Assembly: GCF_018977255.1 (NCBI RefSeq)
Contig: NW_024704749.1
Location: 2,852,001 to 2,916,000 of the forward strand
Length of the DNA stretch: 64,000 nucleotides
Origin: Callorhinchus milii
Taxonomy: Eukaryota
Direction: 5' to 3'
In this document: positions 1 to 10,380 of the stretch, piece by piece
Position numbering within the stretch: position 1 is the first letter of the stretch
Layout: each line of letters starts with the position of its first letter
Position numbers and translations under genes: made by a program
Notes under the pieces: generated by a model
Databases searched by the model: none
What the model saw: the letters and a program-made list of their open reading frames with translations, nothing else
What the model was told of the DNA's origin: nothing

Positions 1-300
1 TCAACTTGTCCAGAATAGTAAAACCAGTGGACATGGCCTGCGATTGAAGGGGGTAAATTCTGAACAAATCTACGCAAACACTATTTCAGTGAGCGAATAG
101 TGAACCTGTGGAACAGGCTCCCTTGGGAGACGGTTGAAGCAGGAAGTGTTGATTCTTTCAAACACAGATGAGATAGCTTTCTTTTAGGAAATATTATGGG
201 ATATAGTACATAGATAGTTTGGGACATATGTGCATGTGACTGCCAAGAAAATAGAAGGCGGACCTTGGTCTTTTGTCATTTAGCATTTCTTATGCTCTTA
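1..300 (+). mobile_element. CR1 LINE 3' fragment
   Basis: Degenerate translation SGHGLRLKGGKF..RKHYFSERIVNLWNRLPWETVEAGSVDSFK is the typical CR1 ORF2 C-terminus; ends in a TTCTTATG-like tail. Confidence 0.8.
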
Positions 301-939
301 TCCTGGTGGAACAACAACTTGCATTTATATAGTACCTTTCACGCTGAGTAGGTGGGGGTAAGGAAGCAGAAGCCAGTTTACCTTTCTGCGAGGGAGAGGA
401 ACATTTGAGGAGGGCATCTCTGCTGGGAGCATGTTGGTTGTTCACCTCTCTCCACGTAACGGAATGCATGGGGAAAAAAAATGAGGAAATGGAAAATAAC
501 AGTTTGACAATCAATCAGTGTGCATTCAGTGCATACAGTATAGCTCCTCTAAAGATATTCAGACAGACTCCTAGTGTCCTTCTGCTCAGTCTTATGGAAA
601 TTGATGGGCAATGTAATTGGGAAACCATGGGTTCCATAAACTGCTGATCACAAACATGACCAAACTTTCTGTAAGTGCTTACAATGGAATTTCCCATTCT
701 GAACAAGCACCTAAAGGTGTGTTACAGAGTGGAATCCACTGTTGCTGTTCTTTAGTTTCAAGGCTTTTTCCTCCTGGGGGAAGAAGGGAAGGTAACGTGA
801 TCAAAGATAACATGCTTAGCCATGGAATTTTGGAATTGAGCTAATCCTCTGTGGTGCTCTTGGTAATCGAATTCCTGAGTGAGTACTGCAAAGCATGCTA
901 AAGTCAGACTGGTCAGCCTGGCAAGATTCTGCACACTCA

Positions 940-1240
940 TCCCCAACAAGCCAAAGCCCTAAAGGGTAGGGTGGTCCTAGTTGGATGAGCATTAGGAAAC
1001 TTGCCAGTTACTACTCTCAATGGCAGAGTTTTTAGATGTTAAACTCCTTCAGTCCCACAATATTGTGTGGTCCCCAAGGCTTCGTTTTCATCAACTTGGG
1101 TCTAATCTCTCCAGAATTAGGCAAGCAGGGTGCATCACTCCAGGATGCGAGTGTATATTTCATTCCAGACATGGGGAAATTTCCATGTTTATGTGACATG
1201 TTTTGGTTCGGATACTCTTCAGCATTGTGATCGGCTTCTG
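940..1240 (+). repeat. Old unclassified dispersed repeat (copies ~11950-12240 and ~23200-23340)
   Basis: Shared blocks ctaat(a)ctctccagaattag..aagca..tgca.c.ctccagg..ttccagac and ggatactctt.agca with 11950-12240; ttttag..tccagcagtac shared between 12020 and 23281. Confidence 0.55.
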
Positions 1241-1719
1241 TAGGTATCAGCTGACAAAAAAATGACTGTCGGCAAAATATATATGCAAACATTAAAAGGG
1301 AAAAAATACACAGAAACCCATTTATTCCACTTCAGACAGAAAAAAACACTGTTCCATCCTTCTTCCCTGTCTATGTTTGTGTTCTGGTGCAGGTGACTCA
1401 CTCCCTTCTTTGGAGAGGTGAAAACCCAATGAAAAGATATGCAGCTGATATTTGGCAGTGTTGTTAGGAATAGGGTGATCTGTTCTTGGTTTTTGGATAA
1501 CCCTCCCCCATGGCCAGAACGAGAAGAAAGGAAGGAATAAAAATGAGGACAATCAGCTCATTAAACCCACTTTCTCCATAATCCACATTAAAACTATCTT
1601 ATCATAGATGTCAACCTCATCCACTTTTTCTTCAAGGGGAATGCCCTACCTAGAGAATACCAGATCAAGCAAAAGTTCTATAAATTTTTCCCATCTGTTT
1701 TAACCCTGAACAACTGTTT

Positions 1720-2015
1720 TATCCAAATCTACCTCTCCGATCCGCTTACACCTCACTCCTCCACCCACCCGCTTTGCTCGGCTGGCTTTGCTCTGCATGT
1801 CCCTTCTCCCCTCTTCAAATCAACACCGCAAAACTTTAGAACTTCCTGTCTCAATCTCTCAGCCTTGCCTCCTTCTTACCCGTCTGCAGATCACACCTGA
1901 AGTCCTTCCTCTTCGACTGTGACTATGGTCACCTTCCCTTTCTCTGTAGTTCGGCATTGATCTCTCTACTATTTTGTGCTCTGGGTGAAGGGCGCATATA
2001 TAAATCCAAGTTGTC
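1720..2015 (+). mobile_element. L2 LINE 3' fragment (old)
   Basis: Pyrimidine-rich L2 ORF2 end and 3' tail ggcgcatatataaatccaagttgt. Confidence 0.65.
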
Positions 2016-2017
2016 GT

Positions 2018-2330
2018 GGAGTCCTGCAGCTCAGTGGTTAGAGCACTCACCTTGCAAGTGGGACACCTGGGTTCAATTCCAGGCAGAGTGAAACCTTGGG
2101 CAAGTTTCCTTACTCCACACGCCTAATAATAATCCCTCCAAAAACAAAACAATAATAAACTGATCATTTTCAATCCACGACTGTTTGTGGGACACTGCTG
2201 TGCGCAATTGGCTCCCGCATTTCGCCCACAACTATACAGTCAATTCGCTTTACAGTATATTCTGTGAAGCGCTTTGAGGCGTCGAGAAGACGTGAAAAGC
2301 GCGATATCAAATGCAAGGATTATTATTGTT
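2018..2330 (+). mobile_element. tRNA-Ala-derived Deu-type SINE (young family)
   Basis: A box TGCAGCTCAGTGG (variant), B box GTTCAATTC, TGC anticodon-like loop, Deu-type body (gctgtgcgcaattggct), L2-like tail ending (TAT)n. Confidence 0.9.
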
Positions 2331-3387
2331 GTTGTTTGTGGGACATTAGTGTGCACAAATTGGCTGATATGTTCGCTTACGAACACAGTCATTACACTTC
2401 ACAGTAAGATCCTGTGAGGAGCTTTAAGACAGCTTGACCATGCAACTAGATGCTGCATCAAATGCAAAGATTATTATTGTAATTCAAAGGATTGAGAATT
2501 AATCACAGCAGTTCCCAACAAAGGGAATTAAACTGTTCTGTGAGATATCATCTATGGACGTCATAGCTCAAATGAACAGCAGATGGGGATATTCAGATGG
2601 GCCTGTGTCTCCATTGATCTTTGTGGACAAATTCTTCCCCTGGTGCTGCATCTGCCTCACCAGCTTCCTTTGTCCATAGGCACCATGCATCTCCTCAATT
2701 CTGTGGATTAATATGTTCTTCATACGTGTGTGTTTGGAATGGGATTCCCGTGTATTGGAAAGATTAGTGATTGGCACAGGATAGACCCCATTGTGTAAGC
2801 GGGATCAAATCCTGGAGAGAAAATTAACGTATTGGTTTATTAATTGAGTTTGTTCGCCTCAAAATCGGATTTATTTTCCATTAACCATTGTGCAATCCAC
2901 CAACGAGCCAAAGGGATAACATACACAGTGAGGTCCACTGCAATTATACAAAAAGAGAAGTGAGTTTCTTCCAACTTCCTGGCCAACAATCCTTTAGATA
3001 AAATTGGTCATTCACTTCATGGCTGTTTGTAGGACATTGCAGTTCATTTTACCTACAAATACACAACCACTACACTTTATAGTACATTGTGTGAAGAACT
3101 TTGAGATATTTCAGCAAGGACTTTATCAAATATAAGGCTGTTGATTATTATTATATTATTGTTATAACTGTATGTAACCTGGCATGGAAGGTGAAAGTGG
3201 ATCATAAACAATCTGTGTGAGGCTCTCTCTTAATTTCCCTTGCACTGTGTATGCACTTTTTCTCTCTCACACTCACACACACACTATCTTGCTAGAGTTA
3301 TTTGATGTTTGTACCTCTTGCAAGCTATCCTTTTCCTCCCTTGCCTACTCACTCCATTTCTGGCATTGTTTACCCCCTACAGATTAG

Positions 3388-3710
3388 TGGAGTCCTGTAG
3401 CTCAGTGGTTAGAGCACTCGCTTTGCAAGTGAGAGACCTGAGTTCAATTCCAGGCAGAGGGCGAAACCTTGGGCAAGTTTCCTTACTCCACACAGAGCCT
3501 AATAATAATCCCTCCAAAAACAATAATAAATTGGTCATTTTCAATCTACAACTGTTTGTGGGACATTGCTGTGCGCAATTGGCTGCCGTGTTCGCCCACA
3601 AATATACAGTCAATTCACTTTACAGTGTGTTCTGTGAAGCGCTTTGGGACGTCCTCCCGACGTGAAAAGCGCTATATCAAATGCAAGGATTATTATTATT
3701 ATTATTATTA
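3388..3710 (+). mobile_element. tRNA-Ala-derived Deu-type SINE, full length
   Basis: Near-identical to copies at 4743, 26711, 41111 and 49881; (TAT)n tail. Confidence 0.92.
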
Positions 3711-4742
3711 CGGATGATTAATTTATCTTTTATGCTACATCTCTGTTTGACTCTTGCTTTCTTCCCCTCACTTTGTTTGTTCAATGTCTCTCCATGTCTT
3801 TCTCCTCCTTGTCTAAACTCACAGCTGGTTATCAGTCCTTTGGCTCCTACGTTCTGTGATTCCAGGTTTAAGATTCAGTCCATCTCATTCAGAAGCTGTA
3901 AAATAAGCCCTCTGAATGATCTGAATGACCCATATTTATAGTAACAAAATGCCTGAAAAATATTCTTAGCTGCAGTCAATCTGGGACAGGAGCCAAGCCA
4001 GAGAGGGGGGCTTCCCCCTCGCTCTGAGCAACTTGGTGCTATGGCAGAGAACGTGATGTCATCGGCATCTAGTAGTTTGAGGTTTCACGGGAATGTGAGA
4101 GAACAATTAACATCTTTATCCTTAAGATTCATACATTTGTACTGTTCTTTTGCAAACAGTTTATTTTCCACTCAGTCTAATTTGTCTTCATGTAGGCTTC
4201 ATGTAGAATTACTTGGCACCAGAGCTACGAATGAGCTATGAGGCTGTAACATTAGTGATTGTGTTACGGCTGTGACAGCAATGCCATAAAATACACCTTT
4301 TGGGGTCCAGGAGATTAAAAATTCCTTTGTACCTATTGCCCCTTCACCTATTGTCTCTATAGTTATACACTTCTCTTTTAAACCTTCAAGCTTGTTCCAG
4401 TATATTCATTTGTTAACATGTATGATGGAGACGCTACTTTTTAATTTCAGGTCTAGCAATTTACAACAACACCAACTTGCATTTCATAGCACCCTTCACA
4501 CTGGTCGGCACCTTGGAGCTCTTAAAAATGTATTGACTTGTGTCCTGTTGTACAGAAATCTTAGGCAAAATTTAAACTATAAATTGTTTGCAACATCTTA
4601 AGAAAGTTTCCCTACCAGTAAATCAATCTATCCACCCATCTTACACTTAGATCGGTGACTATCTTAAGAGGATTGGAAAAATAACCTTTTTATTGCATCC
4701 TTAGAAAGGAAGTTAGATTTTGGCCAGGTTCTATTGGTATTG

Positions 4743-5057
4743 GGAGTCCTGTAGCTCAGTGGTTAGAGCACTCGCTTTGCAAGCGAGAGACCTGAGTTCA
4801 ATTCCAGGCAGAGAGCGAAACCTTGGGCAAGTTTCCTTACTCCACACGCCTAATAATATTCCCTTCCAAACCAAAAACAATAATGAATTGGTCATTTTCA
4901 ATCTACGACTGTTTGTGGGACATTGCTATGCGCAATTGGCTGCCGCGTTCGCCCACAAATATACAGTCAATTCACTTTACAGTGTGTTCTGTGAAGCGCT
5001 TTGGGAAGTCCTCCCGACGTGAAAAGCGCTATATCAAATGCAAGGATTATTATTATT
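4743..5057 (+). mobile_element. tRNA-Ala-derived Deu-type SINE, full length
   Basis: Same head, body and tail as the 3388 copy. Confidence 0.92.
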
Positions 5058-5430
5058 AGCACTCTACCCTCTCAATCAGAAGATTATGAGTTCAAGATCC
5101 ACATCAGGACTTTGAACTCGTACTCTAAGCTAACACTGTAGTCCAGTGCTAGGGAGTATTGCAATGCTGGATGTCCTTCAGATGAGACATCAAACCAAAC
5201 TGCTTGTTTAGGCAGATGTTAAAGATCCCATCACACTATTCAAAAGAGAAATTTATCCTGTTGTCTGGGCCATCAATCCTCCAGATCAAATTGGGCATTC
5301 ACTTCATGGCTGTTTGTGGAACATCGTTTGTGAGCAAATTGGCTGCTGCATTCACATAAACTGCACTTTACATGAAAAGTCAGTGAAGCATTTTTGACAT
5401 GAGAAATATCAAATGCAAGTATCATTATTA
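5058..5430 (+). mobile_element. Old long Deu-domain SINE (SacSINE1/AmnSINE1-like)
   Basis: tRNA-like 5' part (cagaagattatgagttcaag) followed by ttcagatgagac..gttaaagatcccat..cactatt and the Deu 3' block. Confidence 0.65.
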
Positions 5431-5449
5431 AAGCAGTTACTCATAACAA

Positions 5450-5750
5450 AGGCATATTGAAAAGTGTGCCAAGGCAGCCAAACAAGGTTGCTAAGGGCAA
5501 ACTCAAGACAGACACCAGAAAGTATTTATTTACATAAAGGGAAATTAATGACTGCAATGGGTTTGAGGAAGAGTGATTGAGGCTAGGACATTAAGAATTG
5601 TTTAAGAAACAGCTTGATGCTGCTATACAATCATACAATACAAATTTGCATTGAAATCGTGCTTTTCATATTGCATTGATCTCTCAAGGCTCCAGAAGGA
5701 TGAGATTGAATGGACCAATTGTCCTTCTTCATCTGAACCTCTTTTGTTGT
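5450..5750 (+). mobile_element. CR1 LINE 3' fragment
   Basis: Degenerate CR1 C-terminal coding (aagggcaaactcaagacagacaccagaaagtatttattt..tttaagaaacagcttgatgc) and 3' UTR. Confidence 0.6.
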
Positions 5751-6989
5751 CATAATAATATATAACATATCGTTGCATTTCATATTGTGCCTTATTATGT
5801 CAAAATGACTTAAGGTGCTTCACAGGATTACAGTAAAATATAATGACTGTATTTGTAAGCAGATCTTGTGAAAACATCGCTAACTTTGGTAGTCAAGGCG
5901 GCATAACATTATTATCCATCCCTCTCAGCATTCAAACTTGTGTGATGTCTTTGTCATGTTTTTCAATTATCTTTATACTGATTCATCATCTCTCTGCATA
6001 AGTGAAACCTGAAATCTCTAAACCATTCTTGTTCTTCTCTTAACCCTCTTCAACTTCCTAAATTACACCTGAATAACCTGGTTCCTGTTCCCATAGTGAC
6101 TCAAATGTCTTAAAGGGATCAGGAAGTGTCACAGAATTTTCGGTCGGACTTGTTCAATGTATTTTCAGCAGTATTTCCCTGAGTTAAATGTGTCATTGTT
6201 TAATTTTGGAAACCATTGCCACATTTTACTTCTTGTGTGATTCCTGTGACTAAATATTCCAGATGCGCACTATTCCTTCCCACGCAACACACGGGTTCAG
6301 GAAAAGAGCTGCTTTCTGCTTCAGAATATTCTTTTGGGTGATTATAATGGTTTGAATCCATAAAGCCCTTTGAGATGTCTCAATGACGTGATAAGGCGCT
6401 ATATCAAGCGCAAAGATTATATTATATCTAAACTCAATTTCTTGAATTATTTTAAGAAATAATGTGCTTCAAAGTGGAATTTCACTTCATTTGGAATTCC
6501 CTTTGTTTTCATGCAGCCCCACATTAGCTACCCTGGCAGGGTATGTAATGGAAAGTTTGCTGTGAACAGGCTTTTAGTGTTGGTCTGTAAGTGCAGTCAT
6601 TCATTCATTATCAAATGGGCTGGTGCCTCTACACAGTGACTTTGGCAGCTTGGGAGTGATTCCAGACTCCCTGAACCTTCCAGTTCCACAAACAGTCATC
6701 TGTCTTTATTAATCTGCTGTAAACCTGTGCAAGTGCACGTCCGGTAACTGAAGCCAAATCATTAACAACCTTTAAACAAAGCATCACACAGCGGAGTCTT
6801 GACTCACATTCTGCTTTCTAATGCATTCCCTTTGGTGGTTTTTCCATGATGCTATAATGGAAATCACAACTGCACTTACTGTAGCACCCTATTGTGTCAG
6901 AACATTTCAAAGCTCTTCAACAGCGAGCTACACTGAAGATCAGTGAATTTATCTAATCATATGTGGCAGGTTATCTACACCCATCAAAC

Positions 6990-7095
6990 CCAGCAGTGAG
7001 CCGCACTAACAGCCTCAGCTGGCTCATCTAAATTGCTTGGCAATAGGAAGCTACAATTGGCCATAAAAGTGCTGTGTTTGAGAGTGGAAAATACA
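6990..7095 (+). mobile_element. LF-SINE-like remnant
   Basis: gctacaattggcc..agtg..gagagtggaaaa resembles the LF-SINE core as recalled; short and degenerate. Confidence 0.4.
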
Positions 7096-7249
7096 TAATG
7101 CAGTTGATCACTGTTCAGTAATATTCTGCTGGAATGGATACTACAACCCCATTCTCCTTACCCCCTCCTGCTCACAAACTCCAGCCGGCTGTGTGTCTCT
7201 TGTGTCCTCCACCCCATCATTCGTGTCTGAGTTTTCAACCACTTTCAGC

Positions 7250-7470
7250 CCTGGATTCTGGAACTCTCTCTCAAAACCGCACTACCTCATTCTCTGCTCC
7301 GCTCCGATCTGCTCTTTGCTTTCAAAACCTTTCTGGAAACCTACTTCTTCAACCACGCCTATGGTTGCCTTACTCTCCCGTCCCCTCTCCTATTAACCAC
7401 CTTGATCCAGTGTTTACTTCACCTCTGTAATGTGCTTCGAGACATTTTCCTATGTGAAAGGCCTAGATAA
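7250..7470 (+). mobile_element. L2 LINE 3' fragment (old)
   Basis: ctggaactctctctc..ttcaaaac..ttcaaccacgcctatggt; tail gtgcttcgagac..gtgaaaggc. Confidence 0.65.
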
Positions 7471-8175
7471 ATACAAAGTTACTGTTAGTATTCATGCTTA
7501 CAGCAGAAAGGTATTCACTAACGTGGTAAATGATAGGAGGTTAAAAATAATAAAAATAATAATATTAATCTTTGCATTTGATATAATGCCTTATCACGTC
7601 TTTGACATATCTCAAAGCACTTCACAGAATATACTGTAAAATGAATTGACTCTATTCTGTGGGCAAAACTCGGCAGCCAATTGCGCACAGTAATCCTCAC
7701 GGTCTCACTATAAGTGAGAAGAGGTTGGTTTATAGGGTTAATCCATCTTCTGGGTATAGGCTACCCCTTGTATTTGGGAAGGGGTGGGTGAAAAATTCAT
7801 TATAATCTAACAATCATCATCTGAAACAGTTACTGTGTCAGAGTGGATTGTGTCTGAGGTGCATTGTTGAGCGATTCAGAAAAGCAGCCTCGAGGGAATA
7901 AAAGTCTCCCACAGGCACAGTGTCATCTTTTAAAACACTTAGAACGAGGAAATCTGTTTGGATGAGACTCGGTAGCTGTCACCCCACCCTCGCTCTTGAT
8001 GCAGTGCATGAAGCAGGAAATTCCAGGAGTTTCGTTCCTGAGTCCAGCCCTTTCTCTGGGAAGACATTGCCTGGGAAGCTGCAGTTGTGTGTGTGATCAG
8101 TGGCTCACTCCGGCAGGGGTCCTCACTGGGTGCCGGGCACTCCATCAGGTTGGCAGAGGTTGAATCTCCTCAGAC

Positions 8176-8265
8176 ATGGATGTCATCATCATCCAGGAAC
8201 GCCTGGTGGAACGTTTGCTGTCTCCCCGGATTCAGTCGGAAAGGAATCGTCATCTACGGCTAAAG
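8176..8265 (+). CDS. SEPT5: Septin-5 alternative first coding exon (MDVIIIQERLVERLLSPRIQSERNRHLRLK)
   Basis: Good Kozak context gacATGG, in-frame TGA upstream at 8161, phase-0 donor AAG|gtagtg matches the phase-0 acceptor at 13901; similar to the human SEPT5 alternative N-terminus MDSLAAPQDRLVEQLLSPRTQAQRRLK (recalled). Confidence 0.8.
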
Positions 8266-8989
8266 GTAGTGTGAGGCTTGGGGAAGCAGGGATTGTGCAA
8301 AGGCTGAAACGTGGTGAGATGGGAAGACAGTGTAAAGGGCAGGATGTGGTCGGAGTGGGGAAAGCTGAAACAAAATGCTGAGTTGACTCATCTGTGCTTT
8401 CAGTTCGGATAATCTTAGTGATTGACCACCAGATTGTACGAGAGGCGATGCAGAGGCTGTGCTTGAGTAGGATTAGTTTGATTGTACTTCTCCAGATTTA
8501 GGCAGAACAGAGAAACTTTGATGGAAACTCCTTCAGTACAATCCATGCTTAGTGAACCCAATGCAGTTGTGTTACTGTGATGTATGTTTGTGCAGAGTGG
8601 TCTCCAATTCAGTGACACAGAGTCCCATTGCTGAGCAGTCCTCAGTGTTTGGTATCTACGTGACACATAGCACTGATACTGAGCATTCCCCAGAGCCTGT
8701 CAATACTGTGACACCAAGTGTTGTCAATATGGCCTCCCTGGTTCTGATGTGTCAGTGACAGAATTGTTCCGCCTTCGTCCCATTGTGCCCATGGCACAGA
8801 CTGCATTCAGTTCTATTTCCCAGCCCAAGAGATCAACAAGTCCAGCATTGGTAAAACTGAAGATAACAAGGATGAATGGTAATTTTCCATTGGCTGGCAT
8901 GCTCTGTATATAGATACAGCAAATAAAACATTAGCAGACTACAGTCTACATTCTGCCAACATCTTGTACAACTCATTAAGAGTTGTTTA

Positions 8990-9152
8990 TGGCATGGAAC
9001 TCTCTCCCTCAATCCCTCTGCGCTTTCAAATCCCATCTAAAGCCCTTTCTTTTTGATCGTGCTTACGGTCACCTCCTGGCTCCCTCTCCCCTGGCTCAGC
9101 GTCAGACTCCGCCACTGTCAAGGGCGCTATAAATGCAAGTTGTTGTTGTTTA
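8990..9152 (+). mobile_element. L2 LINE 3' fragment
   Basis: ggaactctctccctcaatcc..tttcaaatcccatctaaa..gcttacggtcacc..ggcgctataaatgcaagttgttgttg. Confidence 0.7.
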
Positions 9153-9929
9153 TAGCGTCCATCATATTTCATGAAAATGATATTCTATTGCTGTGACCAA
9201 GTCTTGTTGTTCATAATATCAGGAGCAGAACAAATATGTGTACGTGTTCCGGAGTGGTTTAGATCAGAGGGAGTATTGGGATGGCAACTCATTTATCTAT
9301 ATCTGCTCATTCATGCACATCTACTTTCCTGTAACTATTGCTGTAAACGAACCACAGTCACCAGTACAAATAAGGGTGTGTGGCTTTTTTGGCTTGTTGA
9401 TCCTTCAGTCTTTTGCTTCACCATGTGGTTGGTAAGAGGTGTTGAAAGGGTTAACCTTACCTGCTAAGGTGGGGCTGATTCTGTTGCACCTTGAAAAAGT
9501 TGATAATAATGATAATAATAATCCTTGCATTTGATATAGCGCCTTATCACATCTTTGGGATGTCTCAAAACGCTTCACGGAGTATACTGTGGAGCGAACT
9601 GACTGTATATTTTGTGGGCGAAGTTGATGCATTGTGTAAGGAACTGACTGCCTGTGCTCTTGTTGTGAACGGGCTAATCCCCTATTTAAAGAACAAGTTG
9701 GTTCTGGCTTGCTGTGAAATATTCTGCCCTCTTCACCTGTGTTTTACTGTGAAAGGGATAATCTGTTGTATGTTGTTGTGAGAAGCAAAAAATGTATCAA
9801 GAAGATTACTGTTTTCCTGTCTATGTCCAGCTGTGACTGTGTGAGAAGGTTGGTCCTCTGCTGTTTTGAAAGCTCCCTGGACCAGGCACAATGCCAAACA
9901 TTAGCAATCTGGGATATCTTTCGCAGGGC

Positions 9930-10380
9930 AAAAAGCTGGGCAAGTTTCTTTACTCCACACACCTCTGTTTACCTAGGAGTAAATTGCTCGGGTCCATAAC
10001 TCTGTCTGTCCAGCGCCTTGGGACGTCTTCCCGACGTGAAAGGCGCTATATCAATGCAATTTTGTTGTTGTTGTTGGTGTGAGTAAGAACTCAATTGTTA
10101 GTCGATTGGTGGATCGCTTTGCTCGGGGTAATAATTTCTTTTTTTTTAAAAATTATAAATTGGTCACTCAATCCATGACTGTTTGTGGGACACTGCTGTG
10201 TGCAGTTGGCTGCCACATTTCGCCCACAAAATATAATCAATTTTGACTTCACTTCACATTATATTCTGTGAAGTGCTTTGAGACATCTCAAAGATGTGAT
10301 GAGGCAAAGCTTGCCATTTGTCCATGTGTTGCCATTTCAGTCCAGTTGTGTGATCAACTGCAAGGATTATTATTATTATC
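9930..10380 (+). mobile_element. Two 5'-truncated Deu-type SINE fragments
   Basis: gggcaagtttc..tactccacac and a separate Deu body plus tail. Confidence 0.7.

Noticed and set aside
2568-2777. 69-aa minus-strand ORF MPITNLSN..
   Set aside because: No recognisable family, no convincing splice sites or partner exons
3388-3465. tRNA-Ala(TGC)-like cloverleaf (also at 2018, 4743, 19822, 26711, 41420, 49881)
   Set aside because: The acceptor stem does not pair, and each copy continues into the same Deu body and (TAT)n tail; it is a SINE head, not a tRNA gene
3309-3717. Recurrent ORFs MGKFPYSTQSLIIIPPK.. and ESCSSVVRALALQVRDLSS.. (also 4720, 19898, 26792, 41056)
   Set aside because: Chance frames through SINE copies; they recur only because the SINE does
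1-8175. Search for the SEPT5 major-isoform first exon and 11-nt microexon (EDKQ-like)
   Set aside because: No ag-11nt-gt match found by eye; probably upstream of the window or too diverged to call
7939-8381. ORFs 7939-8145(-) and 8100-8381(+)
   Set aside because: Shadow frames over the SEPT5 alternative first exon and its 5' UTR; the real frame starts at 8176
8596-8758. Acceptor-like tgcag followed by a Ser/Thr-rich open frame
   Set aside because: No matching donor, and no similarity to septin N-termini that I recognise
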